This document shows positions 1 through 12,245 of a stretch of 64,000 nucleotides of DNA, in pieces (position 1 is the stretch's first letter; each line of letters begins with the position of its first letter). A program made the position numbers and the translations under genes. This DNA is from Octopus bimaculoides (taxonomy: Eukaryota), in assembly GCF_001194135.2 (NCBI RefSeq), contig NC_068986.1, positions 11,342,959-11,406,958 on the forward strand. The letters are read 5' to 3'. The notes below the pieces were generated by a model. That model searched no databases. It worked only from the letters and a program-made list of their open reading frames with translations, and was not told where the DNA came from.

Positions 1-371
1 ATACTATAAGACCCAAGTAAAAACATTTCCCAACAATTCAACTTCTCTGGTTGACATTAACACCCCCACCCCCAATAGGGGCCTTCATTCCCACATTTTA
101 GAGCTCCATGAGCTCCATTTTGCAGGAGCAAAATCTTTTTCACAGGTTCCAGAAGACTGAAATTTTGGAATATGCGCATAAAGATCAATAGTATGGGATA
201 CATGTCTCATGATTAGAATTTTTTTAGGGTGTGTAAAGAGGGAAAGAACCCTCATGTGCAATTTTGATGAAATTCGAATCATATGTATTCCAGTTCCTTA
301 CAGAAAATATAACAGAAAAGTCTCATTTTTCAATTGCATGTAACACGGGCAACGCCGGGTATCTCTGCTAG
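1..371 (+). mobile_element. Non-autonomous Helitron (3' end clear; 5' end probably just before the window)
   Basis: Imperfect GC hairpin ACGGGCAACGCCGGGT (345-360), then CTAG (368-371) followed by T, which is the Helitron 3' signature. The window begins ATACTATAA, resembling the common (TCT)ATACTATAA 5' end. Confidence 0.65.
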
Positions 372-384
372 TATATATATATAT

Positions 385-1445
385 TTAAGAGCAGACAAAG
401 AAGCTGAGGCTATAGATGATATAAAATCTAACCCCAAAGCCTTCTAGAAGTTTGCCAAAGATACAGCCTCAGTACACTGTAGGATAGGGCCACACTTTGA
501 AAAAGATGGTTCACTCACAGAAAACTCTATGAGGATGAGTTAAATATTTAATGAGCAAGAAGAATAACATGCAGTTTAATACTGAAAAGTTTCAGGCCTT
601 GTGCAAAACTAAATGCATTACCTATAAAATACATTGTACCTGAAAGGATTGCAATCCAAGAGACACAGTCACTATGAGACCTAGGCATTTACATGAGTAA
701 TGATGCATCCTTCCATGTTGCAAAGTTGGCAATGAAATGCAGGTGGCTGGCCAGATAGATTCTTAGAACTTTTGAATTGAGAGACCAGGAAACCATCATG
801 ATCCTCTTGATGACATTTGTCTTAAGCTGTTTTGACTATTGCTCCCAGCTATGGTCACCAACCAGTATAATATTAATTGCAGAACTTGAAGCAATCCAAT
901 GTTGCTACACAAAGAAGATAGCACCCGTGCAGCATATAAGATATAAGGAAAGACTCAAGAGATTAAGACTCTATTCTCAAGAGTGTAGGTGTGAAAGATA
1001 TGCCCATAATATACATCTGGAAGATTCGGGAGGGACTTGCCCCAAACTTTGGCGTTGAGAGTTACACTAATGCTAGAACAGGGCGCCACTTGAATAGTGC
1101 CAAATATTACAACTTTGCCATCAAAATATAGGATGAGATATTGCAACCGCCTGGGTTTTAAGGGACCACAGCTCTTCAGTATCCTCCCGGAAGACCAGAC
1201 TGACCTGCATACGGTGGTGGGTTTAAGTGTCTTCAATAAGAAACTAGATCTCTTACTGTCAAGGGAATTTGATGCTGCTGCCCTCATTTGTACATCACAG
1301 CAGGAAGAACAAATGGAGGCAGCGGCATCAAACTCCCTTATGCACCAAATGGCAAGTTCCAAAATGAATTGGTGAAATAAAAGTTATGTAGCAACACCAA
1401 ATGGCAGTGTCCCAGCATAGCCACAACTCCTGAAACCAGTTCAAT
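385..1445 (+). mobile_element. CR1/L2-clade LINE ORF2 remnant with a large internal deletion and intact 3' end
   Basis: IKSNPKAF*KFAK...IGPHFEKDGSL (endonuclease-RT linker) is joined near 560 to NNMQFNTEKFQ...DLGIYM...FDYCSQLWSP...LEAIQ...RYKERLKRLRLYS (RT C-terminal region). Stops and frameshifts are present; a (TCAAT)n-like tail starts at 1441. Confidence 0.85.
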
Positions 1446-1975
1446 TCAATTCAAATGAATTCATATATACATATATATTCACATATGTAAATATATATAT
1501 ATATATGTATACACGTGTANNNNNNNNNNNNNNNNNNNNNNNNNNNNNNNNNNNNNNNNNNNNNNNNNNNNNNNNNNNNNNNNNNNNNNNNNNNNNNNNN
1601 NNNNNNNNNNNNNNNNNNNNNNNNNNNNNNNNNNNNNNNNNNNNNNNNNNNNNNNNNNNNNNNNNNNNNNNNNNNNNNNNNNNNNNNNNNNNNNNNNNNN
1701 NNNNNNNNNNNNNNNNNNNNNNNNNNNNNNNNNNNNNNNNNNNNNNNNNNNNNNNNNNNNNNNNNNNNNNNNNNNNNNNNNNNNNNNNNNNNNNNNNNNN
1801 ATATATATATATATATATAAAATATATATATATATTACACACATACATATCTATATACACATATAAATACATATATATATATGCATATGTGCATATGTAA
1901 ATATATACATATAAACACATGCACATTTGTAAATACACATAAATATATATACTTATATGTGTGTGTGTGTATATA
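1446..1975. repeat. (TA)n/(TACA)-rich microsatellite around assembly gap 1520-1800
   Basis: Direct reading. Confidence 0.9.
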
Positions 1976-2279
1976 TACATATTGAACCTTGTATTATCCC
2001 CTTCCCAATCTCTGTCATCATCTACTCTTCCTCTCCCTCTGTAACCATCCCTCACTCTTTTTGTACACTCTTCCAACCTCTACCTAGCCACCCTTTCTGA
2101 TCTCCTGCCTCCAGCATCTACCCTGTCACCTTGTAACCACCATTTTCATCTCTCTTAACAACACCCCACCAATTATTCTTACCGACTCTTGTATAATGTG
2201 ACCAGCCATGTGTCTCCTCTACAAGTTCCACCCACTTCATACTCTATCCTTTCATCGACTGGCATAATGATGTATGCTC

Positions 2280-2515
2280 CACTCATCCAGTGGAGATCTT
2301 AGTCTTGTTAGCTACTTGGCAGCTTCACTGGTGCTGGTGTCAGCACCTAGTACACCCTCTCAAGTGGTTGGCTTTGTGAAGGTGCATCTAACTGCAGAAA
2401 CCATGTCAGAGCAGACATTGGAGCTTGGTGCAGTCCTTGGCCCCAACAAATCTTGCCAAACCGTCCAACCTGCGCCAGCATAGAGGGCAGATATTAAAAG
2501 ATGATGATGTTGATG
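2280..2515 (+). mobile_element. SINE/RTE 3' tail fragment (module C)
   Basis: Decayed GTGGTTGG..GGCATC..GAAACCATG...CCAGCAT...(GAT)n tail, shared with many copies in the window. Confidence 0.7.
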
Positions 2516-2589
2516 TGTGAAAAGTAGGAAAAACATTTTACTCAGTTAGGAAACTTGCAGAAAAATCTTCTATTAATATTTGCTTTATT

Positions 2590-2792
2590 TATCTTTTACT
2601 CATTTCAGTCATTAGACTGTGGCCATGCTGGGCTACCACCTTGAAAAATTTGTAGTTGAATGAATCGACCCCAGTACTTATTTTTTTAAGCCTGGTACTT
2701 AATCTATCAGCCTCTTTTGCTGAAGCACTAAGTTACGGGGACGTAAACACACCAACACTAATTCTCAAGTGGTGGCAGGGAACAGACAAACA

Positions 2793-2795
<3 letters not shown>
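2590..2795 (-). mobile_element. SINE module B (3' half)
   Basis: Reverse complement of the 3' half of the copy at 48122-48490. Confidence 0.8.
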
Positions 2796-2828
<33 letters not shown>

Positions 2829-3469
2829 NNNNNNNNNNNNNNNNNNNNNNNNNNNNNNNNNNNNNNNNNNNNNNNNNNNNNNNNNNNNNNNNNNNNNNNN
2901 NNNNNNNNNNNNNNNNNNNNNNNNNNNNNNNNNNNNNNNNNNNNNNNNNNNNNNNNNNNNNNNNNNNNNNNNNNNNNNNNNNNNNNNNNNNNNNNNNNNN
3001 NNNNNNNNNNNNNNNNNNNNNNNNNNNNNNNNNNNNNNNNNNNNNNNNNNNNNNNNNNNNNNNNNNNNNNNNNNNNNNNNNNNNNNNNNNNNNNNNNNNN
3101 NNNNNNNNNNNNNNNNNNNNNNNNNNNNNNNNNNNNNNNNNNNNNNNNNNNNNNNNNNNNNNNNNNNNNNNNNNNNNNNNNNNNNNNNNNNNNNNNNNNN
3201 NNNNNNNNNNNNNNNNNNNNNNNNNNNNNNNNNNNNNNNNNNNNNNNNNNNNNNNNNNNNNNNNNNNNNNNNNNNNNNNNNNNNNNNNNNNNNNNNNNNN
3301 NNNNNNNNNNNNNNNNNNNNNNNNNNNNNNNNNNNNNNNNNNNNNNNNNNNNNNNNNNNNNNNNNNNNNNNNNNNNNNNNNNNNNNNNNNNNNNNNNNNN
3401 NNNNNNNNNNNNNNNNNNNNNNNNNNNNNNNNNNNNNNNNNNNNNNNNNNNNNNNNNNNNNNNNNNNNN

Positions 3470-3496
<27 letters not shown>
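2796..3496. repeat. (TA)n microsatellite flanking assembly gap 2829-3469
   Basis: Direct reading. Confidence 0.9.
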
Positions 3497-3500
<4 letters not shown>

Positions 3501-3634
3501 TAGCATAAGGCATGAGGATGCAGAAAAAGAATTGACCTGTTTAGAAATAGGAGCTAAATTCCTAATTAGGAATTTAGCTCCCATTTCTAAACAGGCCAAT
3601 GCTTTTTCTGCATCCTCATGCTTTGTGCCAACTT
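3497..3634. repeat. 138-bp loopless near-perfect palindrome
   Basis: Two 69-bp arms centred on 3565/3566 (..CCTAA|TTAGG..), with 6 mismatches. Confidence 0.95.
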
Positions 3635-3796
3635 CAAATTTTATAGCTATATAATGCTATTTGACCTGTTGAATTGCCTGTGTTACTGCTGTTAATATTA
3701 TCAATTAAAAATATTCACCACAGATAATAATTAACAGTAGTGGCATCTTATTTCATGTGTAAACACTCAAATGTTTTTGCTCATATATACATATAT

Positions 3797-3955
3797 TTGA
3801 CAGGTTTCTTTCTGTTTCTGCCTATCAAATCCACTCATAAGGCTTTGGTTGGCCCAAGAGTATAGTAGAAGACATTTGCCCAAGGTGCCACGCAGTCGGA
3901 CTGAACTTAGAACCATGTAGTTGGGAAGCAAGCTTCTCACCACAGAGCCATACAT
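3797..3955 (-). mobile_element. tRNA/CORE-type SINE head (module A)
   Basis: Reverse complement of ..CTGTGGTGAGAAG..GGTTCTAAGTTCAGTCC..GGCACCTTGGGCAAATGTCTTCTACTATA. Confidence 0.85.
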
Positions 3956-4732
3956 GCACCTATTTAGTTAATAGAATTGTATCTCCAAGTATTGAATTCC
4001 AATATCTTCATAAGCAGTGAATTTTAAATTTCCATTATCACCATGGCACTTCAATCTTTATTATTGTTACTGATAACAGTAAATTGTTATGTTGCAATGA
4101 CCTGCATTTTCTCGGTAAAAAGTTCTGATCAAATACTTAGAAATGTACTTCAAGTTTTTTCACTTTGTGTAGGTAGTTTATTTCATTTTATTTTGGGGGT
4201 TTTTTTTTCCTTCAGGAAGTAAAAAATTTTCATATGCCTGCTTATTCCTAACATAACCCAGTAAATGTTCAGGCATTCTTATTGTGTTTTTAAATCATTC
4301 GGCAAACTACAACAGACCTACAACAACCTATTAGTCTGTGGTAGTAAATGTAATGTCAGGTGGCTCAGATTTAAAAAAAAAATTCTGGGTAGGTTATTAG
4401 TTTAACATAGATAATCTGTATATAATAGTTAATATGTATGTTTGCTGGTTGATTTCTCCAGTAATGCTTTACATCATACGGAGAGAAAATGGAAAGTGAA
4501 AGAGATATAAAGAATTAACAAAAGAGGTTTAGGATGAGTAAAAGAGCTCTACGTGCAGTCATTGCACAATGAGAGAGACAAAAAAAAGATGAGGAGGAGG
4601 AGGAGGAAATTACAGATGGGTTATGGGAGGAGTTACACAAATGAGAAATGTGTTTTTTCAAAAAATTTTATTGCAATATTTTTTTTTGAAAATTATTAAT
4701 TTCATCAGTTGATTTGGTAAAAGTTAAATTAT

Positions 4733-5132
4733 GCAGGCGTGGCTGTGTGGCAAGGAGTTTGCATCTCAACCACATGGTTCTGGGTTCTGTCCCACTGCAT
4801 GGCACCTTGGGGAAGTGTCTTCTACTATAACCTTGGGCTGACCAAAGCCTTATGAGTGAATTTGGTAAATGGAAACTGAAAGAAGCCCGTCATATATATT
4901 TATGCATGTGTCTTTTTGTCTGTGTTTGTCCCCCCACCATTGCTTGACAACCAATGTTGATGTGTTTACATCTCTGTAACTTAGTGGTTTGGCAAAAGAG
5001 ACTGATAGAATAAGTACCAGACTTACAAAGAATAAGTCCTAGAATCTATTTTTTCGACTAAAATGAAAACCCTTTAAGAGGGTGTTTTATTATGGCCGCT
5101 GTTACATGACTGAAACAAACAAAAGACTAAAA
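4733..5132 (+). mobile_element. Full-length tRNA/CORE SINE, A+B type
   Basis: A-box-like GGCTGTGTGG, B-box-like GGTTCTGTCCC, CORE-like ACCTTGGGGAAGTGTCTTCTAC, (TA/TG) spacer, tail GACTGAAAC..AAAAG. Confidence 0.9.
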
Positions 5133-5829
5133 GTATGTCTGCCCTTTTTTCTGATATTACCCTGATGGGGAAATGTATTCTAAAGTTGCCCATCACACTA
5201 GTCTTGCATGATATACCTCTACATTCTCAGTTAAGATCCCCATCAAAGTTGACTGTATTCTTCACCCCTGTTTAGTCAGTAAAGTCTCAGTAATAAACTG
5301 ACTGTTGCCCTTCCTTCTATAAAAATTGGTATTGTATCTAATCAAAAGAAATCAATATTTCCAGCTCAATCTGATGATAGATGTTTGGATAATTGAGCAC
5401 CAGGGTACCATCATGTATTTGTTTAGTTATTTACTTTTTGCTGCATTGCCTTAGTTTTGAAAAGCAGCGGCCCTGACCCTTTTCAGAGTCTCTTTGACTA
5501 GTGGGAGGATGTGGTAAAAGGAACAGATGGATTAAGTGTGCCACCCTCCACAAAATAATAAGGAAGCTTCTTCCAGTGGGTTTGCACATAGTTTCAGTCC
5601 ATCCAGTATCCACTTAATGTTTTCCTAACTTCATCTACTTCCACACACCTTGTATGTTGAGAGTCTACCTGGATACCTCATCACCACTGTTTTTGTCTCT
5701 TTCTGGCTCCACCCCAGCTGTTCTATAATGTGAGTAGCCATGAAACTCTTCTACAAGAAGAAAGCTGTTCAGGCCCCTTCTGTGCTAATTCTATAGCATA
5801 GAATCACCTCCCTCTCTACTTATACTCCG

Positions 5830-6045
5830 CTCAGTTGAAGATCTTAGTCTTTCAAGCTGCATGGCAACCTCACTAGTTCTGGTGGCACAAAAGAAAGTGC
5901 CTGCTGTAAAGTGGTTGCCATTAGGAAGGGCATTGAACCATAGAAACCATGCCAAAGACATTGTAGAATGAAAGACCTCCAGTCCATCAAACCTTGTCAA
6001 ACTGTCTAGCCCATCCTATCATAAACATGGATGTTAAATGATGAT
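5830..6045 (+). mobile_element. SINE/RTE 3' tail fragment (module C)
   Basis: GTGGTTGCCATTAGGAAGGGCAT..GAAACCATGCCAAAG..GATGTTAAATGATGAT. Confidence 0.75.
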
Positions 6046-7559
6046 ATTCGGTTTTGTACTGGAGAAGCTATAGATTATGCAAAACAAGAAAAAGTGACAA
6101 AAAAAATGGAATCACTAATAGTAAAAATGCCAAAGAAATGTGGATTTTTTAAGAAACCAAAAATTGTTATGTAAAAAAAAACATTCACACAGTTTAGTTT
6201 GTGATCCATTTTCTATCAGGTTTTGGCATCTATAGTAGTTTGATAACATAAAGGACTGACCACATATGCATGAAAAATTCCATTTGTTTTTATTTTTTTG
6301 TCCACTTTTGGGTGGATTGAAACCACCTTAGACCAGCACCAGACCCAACACTGTCAGTTTTGTCCACAAAATTGGGATAACTGCAGCCTGTCTGAGAAAT
6401 GATCCCCTGTGAGATGGGGCAGATGCTGCAATGAGTGTCACTGGCCATTCTCTGCAGCAACACCTCTGCAATTATGCCTGAGGCGCAACGAAAGAAACCA
6501 TTTGTTCTGGGAGTGTACACCCCATTGCTCCAACCCCTTCTTTTTCTTTGTTTCTTGGGTGGGGTAGTTTTATGGGGTTTTTTCCCCTCAATAATTTGAT
6601 CTTTTATTCTTTCAATGGTTTTTGTCTTTCTTTTCATCCTGTAAAAGTTTGTTGAAAACAAAGTCAGACATGCTAAAATTGACTCCAATATTTGTTGCTG
6701 CCATGTCACATCAAATGCAGCCCTATTTGTCATATCTAGTTTCATCTCTTTCAAGGTTCAGAGTTTAAAACTAAAGTTGACATTACTTTTTCTGTCCAAC
6801 TCTAAATAACTAACTTTGGTGTGTTTCCAATTATTGAACTTTGCTTTGTTTTATTAATGTTTGCCTTTCTTGGTGAAAATGGTTTACAAATTTCAATTCA
6901 GAAAATTGTCACCTTTATGATATTATCATATGGAATCTAGCTATCACAGAGATTCGCTATTTAAATATTTATTGCGTTGGGTTTCCATGAAAGAATTGAT
7001 ATTTTTGGAACAGAATTCCTTGCAGGTTGTTCTTTTTCACTTGAAATTATTACACTTGAGAATAAGGATTACTATCAATTGGAGATTCTTGACTTAACCA
7101 GCATCGAGACCGGATGTTAAATATTAAAGATACTCTGGTTATCCTGGGCATAGCTGAATGGCATCTACTGGAAAATATTCTTGTAACTTTTTACACATTT
7201 AATGGAGCTTATTTGCATATAGAAATAATTTTCTGTTGAACATTATTATCCTAATACAATAAGCATTGCTTTTAAGCTGTTATAGTAATGTGATATTGTA
7301 GTTTAAAGGGAAATACTTGCTCTATATAAAAAATATTGACTATAAAAATTTTTACAATTCCTGTTTATAATTTATTTAAAATTTAATGTGAATCATGTAT
7401 TCATATACATTTTATTTTGAGAGAAGTTATTTTACCATAGAAAAAAGTAACTGATTTTTCATTTTTTTTCTTTTGAATTAAGGAACTTTAAAATAATTAT
7501 ATCATTAAGTCAGTTTAGCCATATAAGAATATAAAATTGTTTCCTAACAGAAAAGGAAA

Positions 7560-7725
7560 GTTTGGTGAAAAGGCCAAACCTGCTATATCCATTTCAGATT
7601 TTGTGTGTATCCTCACTCATCGTCATGAATGTTAGGTAATGACTGAAAGATTACGATTGCGAATACAAGCGGCCAAAATAGGGTTCCTGAAGGATCTCTA
7701 GAATGATATTACTTGACAGTGTGTG
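7560..7725 (+). mobile_element. RTE-clade LINE RT C-terminal fragment (Rex3/Expander-like)
   Basis: Translates as AKPAISI..LTHRHEC*VMTERLRLRIQAAKIGFL, matching the RTE motif LTYGHELWVMTER..RIQAAEM.FL. Confidence 0.7.
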
Positions 7726-7734
7726 TAGCTTTTC

Positions 7735-7765
<31 letters not shown>

Positions 7766-7944
7766 AAGCCTCTGGGGTTGATAAAATAATGTACCGGTCA
7801 GCTTAAACAACTAAGCCCTTTCTCTGGTACCTAAGCTAAATTATTATTGCTGTTATTAATATTTTTCACATGAGTAGGGGTTAGAAATATGGTTGTCAAA
7901 ATATGTTTATAATATCTACACAAAGTATAAATCTTAGATTATTC

Positions 7945-8210
7945 CATGCGTAGGCATGGCTGTGTGGTTAAGAAGTTTGCTTCCCAACCCAGTGATCTTT
8001 AGGTTCAGTCCTACTGCATGGCATCTTTTACTATAGCCTTGGGCCAACCAAAATCTTGTAAGTGGATTTGATAAGGCAGGAACTAAAAGAAGCTTGTTGT
8101 ATATGTTTTTATATCTCCTTGTCTTGACAGCATATGATAGTTGTAAACAAGTGTCACCATCATATAAGTTGTGCCTGTTGTTTTGAATCTTCCTTGACAG
8201 GCTTGTTGCA
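7945..8210 (+). mobile_element. tRNA/CORE SINE, A+E type (truncated)
   Basis: Module A, then GTCTTGACA..GATAGTTGTAAACAAGTGTCACCATC. Confidence 0.8.
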
Positions 8211-8959
8211 AAAGATGAAAACATATCCTTTTGTGTGTCCCAGATGCCTACATGTGGAACAAAATACTTGATATGTTTCCACTGTTCGTGAGGATGGTAC
8301 ATTTGAGACATAGTTTTCACTACCTTTACAAAATTTGCCATTAAGATGTTTATGTGATAAAACAAAATCCAAAGGGACTAATGTTGGTTTGAGTCAGCAA
8401 GACCTGTATTGAATAAAATAGATGAAAAGAATACTGTGAACTTAATGTGGAATGGAAAATTTAATGGTTTTTTTTTTTTTTTGATAGTCCTTCTTCAGGG
8501 AAAAGTTGTCAGGAGAGATATTAAGATGTTTAACTTGGCAACATGTGATTGTGACCTCCAGTATAGTGAAAAAAAGTTGATAGCAATGATCTTTACTGAT
8601 TCTATGCTCAGTAGTGAAATAACTGACTATTAAGAAATTCTTCAGATGTTAATCTTAGTATTGAAGACATGAGAAAGAAAAAATGGTAGATCCAACAGAT
8701 CCATCGTCTGAAAGTTCTACAGGTACACCTGTAGAAAGAAATGTAATGTATGCTTTGAACCCACATAACAATCTCAACCATATTAATCTCAGCAATCTGG
8801 GAAGGCATATAAAATTATAGATGCTCCCCACTCTGTTTCTGATTAATTAAATAATTAAAAACAAACACCATGGTTTGATGTTTATGGAAGAAATTATTCA
8901 AAATAATGAGATTATTTTGAAAATAACCTCATCTTATAACAGACACTTATTTGAAAGTC

Positions 8960-9325
8960 ATTATCATAATTTTAATGTCCACGTTTCCATGCTTGCATGG
9001 GTCACATGGAGTTTATGGAGGAGACAGATTTTTTTTATGACTAGATAAGATACCCTCTTCTCAACAGCTCTTACTTGTTTCCAGACATGGTGACAATTTC
9101 CCATGGCTAGACATGTTTTTGCAGAATAAATGATACAGCTTACATAAACAGTGGCATTCATTTACACTGATCACGCACTATCAAGACAAGGAGAAGCATG
9201 CATATACACACACACACATTCATGTGCATATGATGGGCTTCTTTCAGTTTCCATCTACTAAATCCATTCATAAGGCTTTGATTGCCCAACATGCCACAAA
9301 GTAGGACTGAACTGGAAACCATGTC
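8960..9325 (-). mobile_element. Decayed A+E SINE
   Basis: Reverse complement of the 11880-12245 type. Confidence 0.7.
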
Positions 9326-9877
9326 TTTGGTAATTAAATTTTTGTAATTAACTACTTAGTAACTCAGTAGTACTATAATTTCTGATTGAGTTGTTTTATC
9401 TTCAGTTTTATAACATCTTCAGTAAACCATACCCATTTCTATCTGACATCTTCACTTCAACTTGTGAGAAAGAAAACAACAAAAAACATTTGTATAAAAA
9501 GCTTTTGATTATGTGTTTATTAATGAATATTTCCATTATCTTGCATCTTTATTTAATCTTTTGTTTGGAGACAAAATTAACAAAAGAAAAAAGTCCCTTT
9601 ATCAATTAGTATGACCTAACAGAACAAAGTTTTAGACAGTAGATGACAGAAAGCAGTGTTTATCGGAAACTGTAAATGAATGTTTTAAGTCTATTGATTT
9701 GTACAGTTTTCAGTGTTAAAAATGTCACTGTTTGACTTGTTCTTTGAAGTCATTGGAAAATCTTTTGTAGAAGAGATGTTTTCTGATTGGAAAACTTTTA
9801 TGTCGATTCAGCTTTTAATGGTTAAGATTAATTCGTAGTACACACCATCAATATTTTAAATATATATATATATATTT

Positions 9878-9918
<41 letters not shown>

Positions 9919-11269
9919 GTGTGTAATATGTATATATATCTCTATTGGCTAAATTTGATATTCTCTCAGTAGGCATGTTACACATGTATAGCTAGGTTAA
10001 TTTTGCATACATACAGGGTGAGGCCTTATGTCAAATTGCTATTTTTATTTATTTATTTTTTTTGTATTGATGACTATCTCATCTTAATGAAAATATATAT
10101 TAAGAGCACAACTTTGTAAATAAGTTTTTTTCCATCCCCTGGTTGTGGACTATAAAAGAAAATTTCCTTGTTACTTGCATATATTTTCGCGAGAATAATT
10201 TCAGTCACCAAATTGTATGATCAGTAAAGTTGAATATTACAGTAAAAATAAGATTATAAGATAATAATGTACTTGTTTTCAATGTTCTGGAGATTTGAAT
10301 GTGAATGTCTAATCACTCTTTTTTTTTGTCATTGGAGAACATCCCTGTTCTCTAATACCCACCTTCCATAAAATTTGGCTTTTAACTCCAAGGAGATAGG
10401 TTCTAACATCATCGTCATCATGTCCAATTACCCAAGGGGCCATGAAGTGGGATTGAACTCACGACCACATGGTTAGGAGGAAGCTTCTCAACGACACATC
10501 TGCACCCACCTACTAAATTCTACCATACAACTAGATTCTAATATGGAAATAAGACTTATTATGGATGGTTTGGTAAGACCACATGGTTCTGGTTGAGTGA
10601 GCATGCAACATGGAGTTTAATCAACCAAGCCACCAACAGTGAGAAACAATGTCACAATAGCTACAAAGTCATCTAATTTTCCCTAATTTATCATCATAAC
10701 ATGCAACTTGTATTTATTATTCATGTTGCATTGATGAGATGAGTTAACTTATGGACAGAATTTACATTCACAGTTCTAATCCTGATAGCCTTTCTGTTGT
10801 TAATGATTCTGTTAACAATCATTTGAGGTGAAATGAGGAAATTTTTTTATGTTGTAATTTTTCTCAAGTTCTTCAGCTTATCTACAATAAATAAGCTCCA
10901 GACCTGGTGATTTAATCTAACTTTTGTTTCTGCAAATGATAGAGACAGGTCTTTGTTGTTTGTGGAACCAAACTCCAGTTTTACAGAAATTTGTTACTGT
11001 GATATCTGTTTCTTTTTCTCGATCTATTCTTTAACTTCTCCCTGAACTCCCATATTCTATACAATTACTGAATTTCTTCTTCAAGTCTTTGTATTTTCTG
11101 CAGTTAGTGATAGTTATGTTTTCCAATATTTTCTTGACTTAGCATTGGGAATATATATCATATTTGATGGCATCAATTAAAAGAAGTGAGTCTTATATAC
11201 CATCAAATCAATAGTAGATCTAAACCTATTGTCAATATTGGAATATTGCTGGCTCTACCCTACCATCAT

Positions 11270-11445
11270 CATCGTTAACATTAATATCTATTTTCCATTA
11301 TGGCATGGGTTGGATGGTTTGACTGGCACTGACAAGTTTCCATTGTCTGTTTTGGCATGGTTTCTACAGCTGGATGCCCTTCCTAACACCAGATACTTTA
11401 CAGAGTGTATTGGGTGCTTTTTATGTGGCACCACCACTACTACCT
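11270..11445 (-). mobile_element. SINE/RTE 3' tail (module C)
   Basis: TTTCTACAGCTGGATGCCCTTCCTAAC motif. Confidence 0.75.
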
Positions 11446-11879
11446 GTTAATTAATTATTAGGTTTCTCAAAAAAAATTGGACTAAACATTACATTTCCCT
11501 TTATTTTTATAAGTTGCATCTAATGGCACGCTTTCAGTATTCTTGCAATCTACTAACTCCCAACTCTTCAAAATTTACATTAATTCTTCAATAAACTCCA
11601 TTACCATTTTGATGTGAGCAACCTAATTTTCACAGTTTGGAATACTTTCACCTTACTTGTAACAGACTATAAGTAATTTCTTCCACTATAATAATATTTG
11701 TATTGATTGTACAGTGTGTGTATTGTGCTTTAAGGAAATTATTAATTATATCTCCAAATTAGATGGATATTTAATTAGTACTTTATTTTCAAGTGTCATT
11801 CAATAGCCATGAAGTTTTATGACTAAATATATTTGAAAACATTTTCATTACAAATTTTAATATTCTCTTTCTAATTTAA

Positions 11880-12245
11880 AATGGTCTTGGATTCAGTCCC
11901 ACTGCATGGTACCTTGGACAAGTGTTGTTACTATAGCCTCTACTGATCAAAGCCTTGTGAGGGAATTTGATTGAAAATTGAAAGAATCCTGTCATATATA
12001 TGTGTGTGTGTTAATGACTTGACATTATGTGATAGTTGTAAACAAGCATCACCATCATAAAAGCAGTGTCCTTCATTTTCAATCTTCCATAAAAACATGT
12101 CTGGCTATGGGTAAATATCACCTTACTTGGAAACAGGCGTGGGTTGGTGACAGGAAAGGTATCTAGCCTTAGAAAATCTGCCTCATTGAATTCCATTTGA
12201 CCCATCGAGCATGGAAAAGTGAGCATTAAAATAATAATGATGATG
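11880..12245 (+). mobile_element. tRNA/CORE SINE, A+E type with (TGA)n tail
   Basis: CORE box ACCTTGGACAAGTG, E module, tail CCCATCGAGCATGGAAAAG..TTAAA..TGATGATGAT. Confidence 0.85.

Noticed and set aside
2656-3654. Long ORFs (240-332 aa) here and at 1441-2076, 49155-50133, 54397-55415 and 59905-60385
   Set aside because: They are open only because they cross N-runs and TA repeats (X/YI strings).
6290-6754. 154-aa minus-strand ORF
   Set aside because: No recognisable domain or splice context, with low-complexity K-rich stretches; possibly part of an unclassified DNA-transposon body.
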